A stretch of 64,000 bases of DNA from Escherichia coli. GTDB taxonomy: Bacteria; Pseudomonadota; Gammaproteobacteria; Enterobacterales; Enterobacteriaceae. Below the pieces are notes generated by a model. The model made no database searches. It worked only from the letters and a program-made list of their open reading frames with translations, and was not told the DNA's origin. Positions 34,492-45,944 of this stretch are shown here, piece by piece. Both the position numbers and the translations under genes were made by a program. The stretch lies in the NCBI RefSeq assembly GCF_013315695.1, contig NZ_CP054353.1. One strand, given 5' to 3'. Position 1 is the stretch's first letter; each line of letters opens with the position of its first letter.

Positions 34492-35670
34492 TCAACGCGC
34501 CACCCAACCGAGGGTGCGCTGCGCCAGCACATCGCGTGCCGGGGTAAATAATTCCATCGTCATCAGCCCGATGTTGCGCCCGACAACCAGCGGGGTCCAA
34601 CGGTTGGCAAAAAGATGTACAAGGCTGTCCGTGACGCCGATGGTTGCTTCGCGATCGCTCTGTCGACGCTGCTGATAACGGCACAATACGCCGTAATCAC
34701 CCATGTCTTCTCCGCGCTCCTGCGCCTGAGTCAGGGTTTCTGCAAGGCTCATCACATCACGCATACCGAGGTTGAACCCTTGCCCGGCGATGGGGTGCAG
34801 AGTTTGCGCCGCATTGCCCACCAGCACAGTGCGATGGGTAATCGGTCTGGCGGCGCGGGTTAATGCCAGCGGATAAGCACTGCGTTTACCGGCGTGGGTA
34901 ATTTGCCCCAGTCGCCAGCCAAAGGCAGACTGGAGTTCACGGCAAAACTTCTCGTCGCTCCACGACAGCACCTCTTCGCGCCGTTCCAGTGGATGACACC
35001 AGACCAGCGAACAGCGTCCGTCAGACATCGGCAACATCGCCAGCGGGCCATGTTTCGTGAAGCGTTCAAAAGCGCGGCCTTCGTGCGCAACGGAAGTCGC
35101 AACGTTAGCAATCACAGCCAGTTGTTCGTAAGGCTCCTGCTGCCAGTCAACGCCGCACACAGTGGCTAACGCTGAATGGGTGCCATCAGCGGCTACCAGC
35201 ACGCAGCCCGTCAGCGTCTCGCCGCTCTCCAGCGTCACTTCAACGTGACTCTGAGTACGGGCAACGTTAGCCACGCGATCAGGGCAATGCAGCGTTACGC
35301 CAGGTGCTTTGCGCAGCAATGCAAACAGCCGTTGCCCGACATTATGCAATTCGACAACCTGCCCCAGCGCCGCCAGTTGGTAATCTTCTGCGGCGAGGGT
35401 GACGAATCCGGCATGACCACGATCGCTGACATGCACGCTGGTGATGGCGGTTGCGCAATCAGCCAGAGATTGCCAGACGCCGATGCGCGCCAGTTGCTGA
35501 CAAGTGCCCGCCGCCAGCGCAATAGCCCGTCCATCAAAGCCCGGATGAGCATGTGACTCTGGCGCAGTCGCTTCAATCAAATGTACCGGCAGCGCCCCGT
35601 GACTTAACCGGGAAATAGCCAGCGCCAGCGTCGCGCCCGCCATGCCGCCACCGACGATGATTACGCTCAT
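34492..35670 (-). CDS. ubiH: 2-octaprenyl-6-methoxyphenol hydroxylase
   Basis: 392 aa FAD monooxygenase paralogue. Confidence 0.9.
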   Translation of the reverse strand: MSVIIVGGGMAGATLALAISRLSHGALPVHLIEATAPESHAHPGFDGRAIALAAGTCQQLARIGVWQSLADCATAITSVHVSDRGHAGFVTLAAEDYQLAALGQVVELHNVGQRLFALLRKAPGVTLHCPDRVANVARTQSHVEVTLESGETLTGCVLVAADGTHSALATVCGVDWQQEPYEQLAVIANVATSVAHEGRAFERFTKHGPLAMLPMSDGRCSLVWCHPLERREEVLSWSDEKFCRELQSAFGWRLGQITHAGKRSAYPLALTRAARPITHRTVLVGNAAQTLHPIAGQGFNLGMRDVMSLAETLTQAQERGEDMGDYGVLCRYQQRRQSDREATIGVTDSLVHLFANRWTPLVVGRNIGLMTMELFTPARDVLAQRTLGWVAR

Positions 35671-36992
35671 TGCTTTCTCGCAGCAGCCATCAACGCTTCG
35701 ATTTCTTCCGGCTTTTTCACCACGCTGGCGGTGAGGTTTTCGTTGCCGTTTTCGGTAATCACAATGTCGTCTTCAATACGAATGCCGATACCGCGATATT
35801 GTTCTGGCACATCCGCATCCGGCGCGATATACAGACCAGGCTCTACGGTCAGTACCATCCCCGGTTCCAGAATGCGCGAGCGATCCTGACCATAAACGCC
35901 AACGTCATGGACATCCAGTCCTAACCAGTGGCTAAGGCCGTGCATAAAGAAAGGACGATGGGCGTTCTGAGCGATCAGTTCATCAACATCACCTTTCAGG
36001 ATGCCGAGTTTTACCAGGCCGCTAACCATGATGCGCACCACTTCACCAGTGACTTCCTGCATGGAAGTTCCCGGACGATACAGGCGCAGGCTGGTTTCAA
36101 GAGACTCCAGCACAATGTCGTAGATTTCACGCTGGGCCTGGGTGAATTTGCCGTTGACCGGGAAGGTGCGGGTAATATCGCCCGCGTAACCTTTGTATTC
36201 ACAACCCGCGTCAATCAACACCAGGTCACCGTCGCGCATTTCACACTCGTTTTCGGTGTAGTGCAGAATGCAACCGTTTTCACCGCTGCCGACAATGGTG
36301 TTATAGGAAGGATAGCGCGCACCGTGGCGGTTAAATTCGTGGTGAATTTCGCCTTCCAGATGGTACTCGAACATTCCCGGACGGCATTTTTCCATCGCCC
36401 GGGTATGCGCCAGGGCGGTGATTTCTCCCGCGCGGCGGAGTACGGCAATCTCTTCTGGCGATTTGAACAGGCGCATTTCATGGACCATGGGACGCCAGTC
36501 GATCATCGTTGCTGGCGCGGTGAGATTTTGTCGCGAGCCTTTACGCAGCTTTTCCAGCGCGCTGTTCACGATTTCATCAGCATATGCATATTCGCCCTGG
36601 GCGTGGTAAACCACATCCAGACCATTAAGTAGTTGATAAAGTTGCTGATTAATTTCGCTGAATGCCAGTGCGCGGTCAACGCCCAGTTTCTCTGGCGCGG
36701 CATCCTGGCCTAAGCGACGACCAAACCAGATCTCTGCTGTCAGGTCGCGAACGCGGTTAAACAAAACGCTGTGGTTATGAGTGTCGTCACTTTTAATCAG
36801 CACCAGCACCGCTTCCGGTTCGTTAAAGCCGGTGAAGTACCAGAAGTCACTGTTCTGACGATAGGGGTATTCGCTGTCGGCGCTACGTGTTACTTCTGGT
36901 GCAGCAAAAATCAGCGCGGCGCTGCCGGGTTGCATTTGCTCCACCAGGGCCTGACGGCGACGCTGAAACTCTTGCCGGGATATCTCACTCAT
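35667..36992 (-). CDS. pepP: Xaa-Pro aminopeptidase (441 aa from ATG 36992)
   Basis: M24B peptidase sequence. Confidence 0.9.
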   Translation of the reverse strand: MSEISRQEFQRRRQALVEQMQPGSAALIFAAPEVTRSADSEYPYRQNSDFWYFTGFNEPEAVLVLIKSDDTHNHSVLFNRVRDLTAEIWFGRRLGQDAAPEKLGVDRALAFSEINQQLYQLLNGLDVVYHAQGEYAYADEIVNSALEKLRKGSRQNLTAPATMIDWRPMVHEMRLFKSPEEIAVLRRAGEITALAHTRAMEKCRPGMFEYHLEGEIHHEFNRHGARYPSYNTIVGSGENGCILHYTENECEMRDGDLVLIDAGCEYKGYAGDITRTFPVNGKFTQAQREIYDIVLESLETSLRLYRPGTSMQEVTGEVVRIMVSGLVKLGILKGDVDELIAQNAHRPFFMHGLSHWLGLDVHDVGVYGQDRSRILEPGMVLTVEPGLYIAPDADVPEQYRGIGIRIEDDIVITENGNENLTASVVKKPEEIEALMAAARKQ

Positions 36993-37017
36993 AACACTCT
37001 CCTTACGTTTTTTGTTT

Positions 37018-37596
37018 TTAGTGTAGAGTCGGTTTTTGTACTTCTGGCGCGGTCGGTTGCGGATGAGTAAAGGTGTCGTGGCATAACAACGCGGCAACAC
37101 GAACGTATTCGATGATCTCTTCAAGCGACATTTCAAGCTCTTCCTGATCTTCGTCTTCGTCGTAGCCCAGCTGCGCGATGTTACGCAGATCGTCGATGGC
37201 TTCACCGGTTTCTCCGGTCACTTTGTCCAGCTTCGGTTGCGTAACGCCAAGACCAAGCAGGAAGTGATTGACCCAACCTGCCAGCGCATCAGCCCGATCG
37301 AAAACGCTGACATCATCGCCATCAGGCAGATAAAGCTGAAAAAGGAAGCCGTCATCCTGCAGGGCATCGCTGGTGGCAGAGTGCATTTTACGCAGTGCCT
37401 GTGCCAGCTCATGACCGAAAGCCATGCCTTCGTTCGTCAGGTCGTGAAGTAGCGGCAGCCATGAGCTGTCATCGTTACCGCCACATATCATCCCACTGAT
37501 TAAACCATGCATCTCAGCAGGGGTCAGACCCGTCCCTTGTTGGTTCAGATACTGGTTCATTTCGTTGTAACCAGGCATTTCGTTCTGTATAGACAT
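37018..37596 (-). CDS. ygfB: UPF0149 family protein YgfB
   Basis: Conserved E. coli protein, synteny. Confidence 0.8.
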
Positions 37597-37697
37597 AAGC
37601 ATTCGTCGTCAAAGGGAGGAATATTCATGATATGCTACCACTTTGGGCCCTGGTGGACCAGAAAAGGGCTTGTCTCTTCTCATCAGGGTAGCTATAG

Positions 37698-38093
<396 letters not shown>

Positions 38094-38134
38094 CACTTTT
38101 CGGTTTACTGTGGTAGAGTAACCGTGAAGACAAA

Positions 38135-38318
38135 ATTTCTCTGAGATGTTCGCAAGCGGGCCAGTCCCCTGAGCCGATATTTCATACCACAAGAATGTGG
38201 CGCTCCGCGGTTGGTGAGCATGCTCGGTCCGTCCGAGAAGCCTTAAAACTGCGACGACACATTCACCTTGAACCAAGGGTTCAAGGGTTACAGCCTGCGG
38301 CGGCATCTCGGAGATTCC
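38135..38318 (+). ncRNA. ssrS: 6S RNA (RNA polymerase sigma-70 holoenzyme regulator)
   Basis: Sequence ATTTCTCTGAGATGTTCGCAAGCGGGCCAGTCCCCTGAGCC...GGCATCTCGGAGATTCCC matches 6S RNA as recalled. Confidence 0.9.
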
Positions 38319-38392
38319 CTTCTTATCTGGCACCAGCCATGACGCAACTACCAGAACTTCCACTGACATTATCCCGACAAGAAATCCGCAAA

Positions 38393-38941
38393 ATGATTCG
38401 GCAACGTCGTCGTGCGTTAACGCCGGAACAACAGCAGGAAATGGGTCAACAAGCCGCTACCCGGATGATGACTTATCCCCCGGTGGTGATGGCACATACG
38501 GTCGCTGTATTCCTCTCTTTTGATGGCGAACTCGACACCCAGCCACTCATAGAACAACTCTGGCGCGCCGGTAAGCGCGTATATCTTCCAGTTTTGCATC
38601 CCTTTAGTGCCGGTAACTTGCTGTTCCTGAATTACCATCCGCAAAGCGAACTGGTGATGAACAGGTTGAAGATCCATGAGCCAAAACTGGATGTGCGTGA
38701 CGTGCTACCCCTTTCCCGATTAGACGTGTTGATCACACCGCTGGTCGCCTTTGATGAGTACGGCCAGCGCCTGGGAATGGGCGGTGGTTTTTATGATCGG
38801 ACCTTACAAAACTGGCAGCACTATAAAATGCAACCGGTGGGTTATGCGCATGATTGTCAGTTGGTGGAAAAACTCCCCGTTGAAGAGTGGGATATCCCTC
38901 TTCCTGCGGTGGTTACACCGTCGAAAGTCTGGGAGTGGTAA
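38393..38941 (+). CDS. ygfA: 5-formyltetrahydrofolate cyclo-ligase (182 aa; alternative start 38339)
   Basis: Downstream of ssrS in same orientation. Confidence 0.8.
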   Translation: MIRQRRRALTPEQQQEMGQQAATRMMTYPPVVMAHTVAVFLSFDGELDTQPLIEQLWRAGKRVYLPVLHPFSAGNLLFLNYHPQSELVMNRLKIHEPKLDVRDVLPLSRLDVLITPLVAFDEYGQRLGMGGGFYDRTLQNWQHYKMQPVGYAHDCQLVEKLPVEEWDIPLPAVVTPSKVWEW

Positions 38942-39001
38942 GGGCGACACACCTGCATCGCCCTGATTGACATCGTTGATTCTTTAACCTAATTTAGTGA
39001 G

Positions 39002-39140
39002 TAAGGGTAAGGGAGGATGACTCCTCCCCTGAGACTGACTGTTAATAAGCTGGGAAACTTATGAGTAACAGTACAATCAGTATGATGACAAGTCGCATCA
39101 TAACCCTTCTCCTTCAAGCCCTCGCTTCGGTGAGGGCTTT
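39002..39140 (+). ncRNA. sibC: Sib-family antisense sRNA (type I antitoxin), approximate ends
   Basis: Promoter-like ttgaca-17-taattt at 38967-38995; terminator hairpin gccctcgcttcggtgagggc-ttt; fully antisense to ibsC. Confidence 0.5.
39042..39101 (-). CDS. ibsC: Ibs-family 19-aa hydrophobic toxin peptide MMRLVIILIVLLLISFPAY
   Basis: Short ORF with AAGGAGAAGGG RBS, read by reverse-complementing 39042-39114. Confidence 0.7.
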   Translation of the reverse strand: MMRLVIILIVLLLISFPAY

Positions 39141-39330
39141 ACCGTTACAGCCCCATGCTGCCCTGCCATCGTAAATCCCCATTAAATAAACACAACGCAT
39201 TGATCTGACTTTGATTTATTTTCTGGAGCAGACTCGCAAAGTAGAATGCGCAATGCGGCAACGGTGTGGAGAAGGGATAAAAAAATCGGGCAAGTCAGTG
39301 ACCTGCCCGTTGATTTTCAGAGAAGGGGAT

Positions 39331-40563
39331 TTAGTACAGCAGACGGGCGCGAATGGTACCCGGAATAGCTTTCATTGCCTGCAGCGCTTTTTCGGCAACG
39401 TCTTCGTCGGCTTCAATATCAATAACTACATAACCCATCTGGGCGGAAGTTTGCAGATATTGCGCGGCGATGTTGACGCCCTGCTCGGCAAAAATTTTGT
39501 TGAGCGCAGTTAGCACGCCCGGACGGTTTTCGTGGATGTGCATCAGACGACGCCCACCGTGCAGTGGCAGCGAGACTTCCGGGAAGTTCACCGCAGAGAG
39601 CGTTGAGCCATTGTCAGAATACTTGATCAATTTACCCGCAACTTCCAGGCCGATATTCTCCTGCGCTTCCTGAGTCGAACCGCCAATGTGTGGCGTCAGA
39701 AGGACATTGTCAAATTCACACAGCGGAGAGGTAAATGGATCGCTGTTGGTCGCCGGTTCCGTCGGGAATACGTCGATTGCCGCCCCCGCCAGATGTTTGC
39801 TCGCCAGCGCGTCACACAGTGCCGGAATATCCACCACAGTACCGCGCGAAGCATTAATCAGCAGCGAGCCGGGCTTCATTAGTGAAATCTCTTTCGCACC
39901 CATCATATTTTTGGTGGACGGATTCTCTGGCACATGTAGACTCACCACATCGCTCATATTCAGCAGGTCAGAAAGATGCTGTACCTGAGTGGCGTTGCCC
40001 AGCGGCAGTTTGTTTTCAATATCATAAAAGTAAACATACATTCCCAGCGATTCAGCCAGAATGCCCAATTGAGTACCAATATGACCATAGCCGATGATAC
40101 CCAGCTTTTTGCCGCGCGCTTCAAAAGAACCCGCCGCCAGTTTGTTCCACACGCCACGGTGCGCTTTAGCATTGGCTTCCGGCACGCCGCGCAATAGCAG
40201 CAGCAGTTCGCCAATCACCAGCTCCGCAACAGAGCGCGTATTTGAGAACGGTGCGTTAAATACCGGGATACCGCGTTTTGCCGCCGCATCCAGATCAACC
40301 TGGTTTGTTCCGATACAGAAACAGCCAATAGCGACCAGTTTTTCTGCGGCGTTGATCACGTCTTCAGTCAGATGGGTACGGGATCGCAGGCCGATGAAGT
40401 GGGCATCGCGGATGGATTCTTTTAATTGTTCATCATCCAGCGCGCCTTTGTGAAATTCGATGTTGGTGTAACCCGCTGCACGAAGGCTTTCAAGCGCCTT
40501 TTGGTGCACGCCTTCTACCAGCAGAAACTTAATCTTGTCTTTCTCCAGCGATACCTTTGCCAT
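39331..40563 (-). CDS. serA: D-3-phosphoglycerate dehydrogenase
   Basis: 410 aa. Confidence 0.95.
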   Translation of the reverse strand: MAKVSLEKDKIKFLLVEGVHQKALESLRAAGYTNIEFHKGALDDEQLKESIRDAHFIGLRSRTHLTEDVINAAEKLVAIGCFCIGTNQVDLDAAAKRGIPVFNAPFSNTRSVAELVIGELLLLLRGVPEANAKAHRGVWNKLAAGSFEARGKKLGIIGYGHIGTQLGILAESLGMYVYFYDIENKLPLGNATQVQHLSDLLNMSDVVSLHVPENPSTKNMMGAKEISLMKPGSLLINASRGTVVDIPALCDALASKHLAGAAIDVFPTEPATNSDPFTSPLCEFDNVLLTPHIGGSTQEAQENIGLEVAGKLIKYSDNGSTLSAVNFPEVSLPLHGGRRLMHIHENRPGVLTALNKIFAEQGVNIAAQYLQTSAQMGYVVIDIEADEDVAEKALQAMKAIPGTIRARLLY

Positions 40564-40818
40564 TTACCCAATCCTGTCTTTTGAAATGTTGTGTGCGGAT
40601 TTGCATCCGCCTTTCAACATATCAAAAAATAATATTGCGGCAATATGAACGTTTGCGTCGCGATGTTGAGGAAATATCACGCAAAGGTATTTCTTGGATG
40701 AATATGCTGGTTTAGAGGATTTATTTAGAGCAATCGACAATAGCCAGGTAAAAACGTGACACATGTCACCAAATTTAATGAAGAGAATTTTTTTAACGGG
40801 GGAGGTTCCCCCGTCAGA

Positions 40819-41478
40819 TCATTTCACAATGGTTTTGACACCGTCAGGTGTGCCAATCAGCGCAACGTCCGCGCCACGGTTAGCAAACAAGCCAACAGTC
40901 ACCACGCCAGGAATCGCATTTATGGCGTTTTCCATCGCTATCGGGTCAAGGATTTCCATGCCGTGGACGTCGAGGATCACGTTGCCGTTATCGGTCACCA
41001 CGCCCTGACGGTATTCCGGACGACCGCCCAGTTTCACCAGCTGGCGCGCCACTGCACTACGTGCCATCGGGATAACTTCTACTGGCAGCGGGAATTTGCC
41101 CAGAATATCAACCTGCTTAGAAGCGTCTGCAATACAGATAAATTTTTCCGCAACCGAAGCAATGATTTTTTCACGGGTCAGCGCCGCGCCGCCGCCTTTG
41201 ATCATTTGCATGTGGCCGTTGATTTCATCTGCGCCATCAACGTAGATGCCAAGGCTGTCGACTTCGTTGAGATCAAAAACGTGAATGCCGAGGCTTTTCA
41301 GTTTTTCAGTGGAAGCATCTGAACTGGAAACGGCCCCTTCAATCTGGCCTTTCATTGTACCGAGCGCGTCAATAAAGTGTGCGGCGGTGGAACCTGTACC
41401 TACACCAACAATGGTGCCGGGCTGAACATACTGAAGTGCCGCCCATCCTACTGCTTTTTTCAATTCATCCTGCGTCAT
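40819..41478 (-). CDS. rpiA: Ribose-5-phosphate isomerase A (219 aa)
   Basis: Recognisable RpiA sequence. Confidence 0.95.
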
Positions 41479-41655
41479 GATCGTTTCGCCTGTGGTATGA
41501 AATTTCACACGCATTATACTCTAAATAATTCGAGTTGCAGGAAGGCGATAAGAGAGTGAATCCCCAGGAGCTTACAGAAGTAAGTGACTGGGGTGAGCGA
41601 ACGCAGACGCAGCACATGCAACTTGAAGTATGACGAGTATATACAAAAAAGCGAG

Positions 41656-42552
41656 TCAGACCCCGCTGACAAGTCGCGTGGTTAACTCATCCATAAAATA
41701 TCGTGCTATGGCGGGCATCCCCTTTTGCCCGGCAAATAAAGCATACAACGGTCTGGGTATGCCGCTCCACGGTGCAAACAGGCGCACCAGTTCACCGTTC
41801 GCAAGCCCCTGTTTACAGGCAAATTGAGGCAATAACGCCACGCCATTCCCACCAAGCACTGCCTGCAACATGACACGAATGTTATTTGTCTGCAAACGCG
41901 CCTCAGGCTGCAACGTAATCTCCTGTTCGCCATTAATTAACTGCCACTGGCTCCCGCCATTGTTTGTCAGGCGAAGGATCCCGTCGACGCGGTTAAGATC
42001 GTCAATGGCCTTCACCTGCGGATGGCGGGCCAGCCACTGCGAACTGGCAACTAAAATATCGGCCTGAGTATGTAATTTTTTATAATGCAGCGTCGAGTCC
42101 GCAAGCGCGCCGGAAGCCGTAACCAGCGCAATATCAATGCCTTCAGCGACCATATCCACCGGGCGATTAATTGCCAGCATTTGCACCTTCGCCAGGGGCC
42201 AGCGGGCGATAAATTCACTGACGAACTCACCAAACCATGTTTCAGCCATAAATACCGGCGCGCTGACGCGCAGCATTCCCTGTGGGCTTTCCTGGGCGGC
42301 CATCACCACCGCTCTGGCCCGTTCCCCCTGAGCCACCAGCGCCCGACACTCGACAGCAAACTGTTCCCCTGCCGCCGTCAGGGCCAGACGCCGCGTAGTT
42401 CGCTGAATAAGCCTCACGCCGAGGCGCTCTTCCAGCGCTGCCATTCGACGGCTTAATACCGATTTCGACACACCCGCACGCAGCGCCGCCTGGCTGTAGC
42501 TGCCTTCATCGGCAATCAGGGCAAAGTAGTAGTAATCATTCCAGTCGATCAT
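41656..42552 (-). CDS. LysR-family transcriptional regulator, divergent from the flavoprotein operon
   Basis: N-terminal HTH (SYSQAALRAGVSKSVLSRRMAALEERLGVRL), 298 aa; corresponds in position to K-12 yqfE pseudogene. Confidence 0.8.
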   Translation of the reverse strand: MIDWNDYYYFALIADEGSYSQAALRAGVSKSVLSRRMAALEERLGVRLIQRTTRRLALTAAGEQFAVECRALVAQGERARAVVMAAQESPQGMLRVSAPVFMAETWFGEFVSEFIARWPLAKVQMLAINRPVDMVAEGIDIALVTASGALADSTLHYKKLHTQADILVASSQWLARHPQVKAIDDLNRVDGILRLTNNGGSQWQLINGEQEITLQPEARLQTNNIRVMLQAVLGGNGVALLPQFACKQGLANGELVRLFAPWSGIPRPLYALFAGQKGMPAIARYFMDELTTRLVSGV

Positions 42553-42652
42553 GATTGTTCTATTTTCACAACAATGAAGTTCAATTATGACTATTTAATC
42601 ACCATGTCAACAACAGTTAAACTTCTCTCATCGCAGAAATGAGAGCAAACCC

Positions 42653-43282
42653 ATGAAAATTCTCCATATCGACAGCAGTCCAATGCTTAAGCATTCAAGT
42701 TCGCGGAAATTAAGCCAGGCGCTGGTAGAAGCGCTTTGCCAACGTTTCGCGCAAGCCACAATTATTCATCGCGACGTTGGCCTGACGCCCCCACCCCATT
42801 TGCGTGAAGAAACCTTTCTGGCGCTTTGCGGTAAAGCGGAATGCGAGAACGCACAAATTCAGCAGGAGGTGAATGATATCCACGCTGCTATTGATGAACT
42901 GGCATCGTGCGATGTGCTCATTATTGGCGCGCCGATGATTAATCACAGCGTTTCATCTGGCCTCAAAACCTGGATAGATCAGGTCTGTCAGGCTGGTTTA
43001 ACGTTTCGTTTTACTTCCGCTGGTGCCGTTGGGTTACTGACGGATAAACCGACGTTTATTGTCTCGACGCGCGGCGGTATCTATTGCGATGAAGCACATC
43101 TGGCGCTGGATCATCAGGAAAGTTATCTGCAAGCCACACTGAAATTAATGGGCATTACCAATACACATATTTTGCGCGCGGAAGGCGTCGACAAAACCCA
43201 ACCGGGACGCGAACTCGCCGAGCAAAATGCATTAGCGCAAACCCCTGATCTTATTACACAAGTATTTAATCATTATCTTTAA
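42653..43282 (+). CDS. AzoR/ACP-phosphodiesterase-like FMN-dependent NAD(P)H oxidoreductase (flavodoxin-like fold)
   Basis: 209 aa; architecture MKILHIDSS...LIIGAPMINHSVSSGLK...FIVSTRGG similar to AzoR family. Confidence 0.65.
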   Translation: MKILHIDSSPMLKHSSSRKLSQALVEALCQRFAQATIIHRDVGLTPPPHLREETFLALCGKAECENAQIQQEVNDIHAAIDELASCDVLIIGAPMINHSVSSGLKTWIDQVCQAGLTFRFTSAGAVGLLTDKPTFIVSTRGGIYCDEAHLALDHQESYLQATLKLMGITNTHILRAEGVDKTQPGRELAEQNALAQTPDLITQVFNHYL

Positions 43283-43298
43283 TATAAAAGGAGTTATT

Positions 43299-43559
43299 AT
43301 GTCTATTAAGCAAAATTTATTTGCCGCATTATTTCTTTGCACTCTCACAGGACACGCATTTGCCGCAACCGAGATACACAAACCGGACAATAATCTTGAA
43401 CAGTTATCAAAAGTGAGCATGTCCACACACAATAGCAATCCAGCGGGCGTTGAAAGCCAAATCAAAGAGAAAGCGGAAGAGTTACAAGCCAGCAATTACT
43501 ACATCAGTTCTTTCTCCGGTAAAAATTATATCCACGCCACTGTAATTTTCTATAAATAG
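43299..43559 (+). CDS. DUF1471 (YdgH/BhsA/McbA family) small periplasmic protein
   Basis: Signal peptide, 86 aa, C-terminal YIHATVIFYK typical of family. Confidence 0.7.
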   Translation: MSIKQNLFAALFLCTLTGHAFAATEIHKPDNNLEQLSKVSMSTHNSNPAGVESQIKEKAEELQASNYYISSFSGKNYIHATVIFYK

Positions 43560-43620
43560 CCCCTCTGTTTAACGGAAGCATGGAATTATTCCATGCTCCT
43601 CTGCCAAAATGAAATAAAAA

Positions 43621-44946
43621 ATGAAAAAAGCTAATCTTACAGGTACGTTGGTTTGCTTTGTCGCATGCCTTATTTTTTTGTCGTCCGGTGATATTTTTCG
43701 TGAAAAGCCAATCGCGCTAATATGGTTCCTTCGACAAAACATACTCTTTTTTACGGGAACTCTTGCGTGGTGTCTGATGACGCTGACGATGTGTTTATCG
43801 TTGCGTTCATCATGGCTTAACAAAGTGCTGGGCGGTCTGGATAAAGCATGGCGATTACATAAGTGGGCAGGAATATGCGCCATAGCGTTTGCTTTCGCCC
43901 ACTGGCTGGATGAAAAATTACCCCAGTTATTCGTCGCCTTTGGCTGGCTTACTCACCCTGGTAAAATCGTTGATATTAACCTGACGCCAGTACAAGAAAA
44001 TTGGCTTCATGCGGGACTGTTAGCGGGTGAATGCGCAATGTTTATTATTATAGCGATGGTTTGCGTATCTCTTAGCAAAAGAGTTCCCTATCATTTATTT
44101 CATCTTGTTCACCGTTTGTTCCCCGTCTTTTATCTGGCAATTGCCTTTCATGTGTTTACTGCTTTGTTTAAATCATACTGGTGGGAAACTCCTGCTGCGT
44201 ATTTATTAATTTTAATTACTATTCCGGGCGTCTTTGCGGCTTTCATTTCGCTGCTGAAATTAAACGGTAGTAAAAACAAGCATCAGGCTACCATTAAAAA
44301 CATTGTTAACCATCCAGGACAAATTACCGAAGTCACCCTGGAGCTGGAACATGCCATCGACTATTCTCCGGGGCAGTTTGCATTCTTAACGTTCGCACAC
44401 AGTAAAGAATCTCACCCTTTTACTATCGCTTCATACACCAAAGAGAAGAACACGTTGCGCTTTGCCATCAAAAATTTAGGGGATTATACCTCTACCCTTG
44501 CATCCTCGATAAAAATCGGCCAGTCCGCCTTCGTTGAAGGGCCATGGGGAAAGTTTGATTTTACTCTCCCTTGCTCCCACCAGGTCTGGATAGCAGGAGG
44601 CATCGGCATTACCCCCTTTATCGCCCAGCTTGAGTATCGTAAACATCATGGCGCGTCCTCTGTTCCTGTGGATCTCTGGTATTGCGTCAGCCGAAGCGAG
44701 GATGCCTGGTATGTTGATAAACTGACCTCACTTTGTGCCCAGGCCAGGGTCACACTGCATCTGCTTGATGCGCATAAAGGTGAGCGCCTACAGGCGCACT
44801 ATCTTACTGATAAAATAGCAAATAAAGGTGACACCCATTTCTGGTTTTGCGGCCCACAGAGTTTTGCCAAAGCGCTCAGCAAAGGGTTATATGAAAATGG
44901 GATTGCCAGCCAAAACTTCCATTACGACCGTTTTTGTATGCGTTAA
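43621..44946 (+). CDS. Ferric-reductase/NOX-like membrane flavocytochrome (heme-binding TM domain plus FAD and NAD(P)H binding domains)
   Basis: Paired His in TM helices ([23 protein letters not shown]...FH), HPFT FAD motif, GGIGITPF nucleotide-binding motif. Confidence 0.7.
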
Positions 44947-45016
44947 ATGCTCTGTACCCAACGCAAAATTGTGTCATAGTGCAGGAAAAAGCATTTACCA
45001 GGAGCAGACAACAGCA

Positions 45017-45910
45017 ATGAAACGCCCGGACTACAGAACATTACAGGCACTGGATGCGGTGATACGTGAACGAGGATTTGAACGCGCGGCACAAAAGCTG
45101 TGCATTACACAATCAGCCGTCTCACAGCGCATTAAGCAACTGGAAAATATGTTCGGGCAGCCGCTGTTGGTGCGTACCGTACCGCCGCGCCCGACAGAAC
45201 AAGGGCAAAAACTGCTGGCACTGCTACGCCAGGTGGAGTTGCTGGAAGAAGAGTGGCTGGGCGATGAACAAACCGGTTCGACTCCGCTGCTGCTTTCACT
45301 GGCGGTCAACGCCGACAGTCTGGCGACGTGGTTGCTTCCGGCGCTGGCTCCTGTGTTAGCTGATTCGCCTATCCGCCTCAACTTGCAGGTAGAAGATGAA
45401 ACCCGCACTCAGGAACGTCTGCGCCGCGGCGAAGTGGTCGGCGCGGTGAGTATTCAACATCAGGCGCTGCCGAGTTGCCTTGTCGATAAGCTCGGTGCGC
45501 TTGACTATCTGTTCGTCAGCTCAAAACCGTTTGCCGAAAAATATTTCCCTAACGGCGTAACGCGTTCGGCATTATTGAAAGCACCTGTGGTCGCCTTTGA
45601 CCATCTTGACGATATGCACCAGGCCTTTTTGCAGCAAAACTTCGATCTGCCCCCAGGCAGCGTACCGTGCCATATCGTTAATTCTTCAGAAGCGTTCGTA
45701 CAACTTGCTCGCCAGGGCACCACCTGCTGTATGATCCCGCACCTACAAATCGAGAAAGAACTGGCCAGCGGTGAACTGATTGACTTAACGCCGGGGCTAT
45801 TTCAACGCCGGATGCTCTACTGGCACCGCTTTGCTCCTGAAAGCCGCATGATGCGTAAAGTCACTGATGCGTTGCTCGATTATGGTCACAAAGTCCTTCG
45901 TCAGGATTAA
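45017..45910 (+). CDS. argP: LysR-family regulator ArgP (IciA)
   Basis: 297 aa from ATG 45017 with AGGAG RBS. Confidence 0.9.
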
Positions 45911-45923
45911 TCCATCAAATAAT

Positions 45924-45944
45924 GCCTGATAGCACATATCAGGC
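45924..45944 (+). terminator. Hairpin downstream of argP (gcctgata/tatcaggc)
   Basis: Inverted repeat with T-rich tail. Confidence 0.4.

Noticed and set aside
40564..40764. 66-aa ORF immediately upstream of serA
   Set aside because: Falls in the serA promoter/leader region, no RBS, not a recognisable protein
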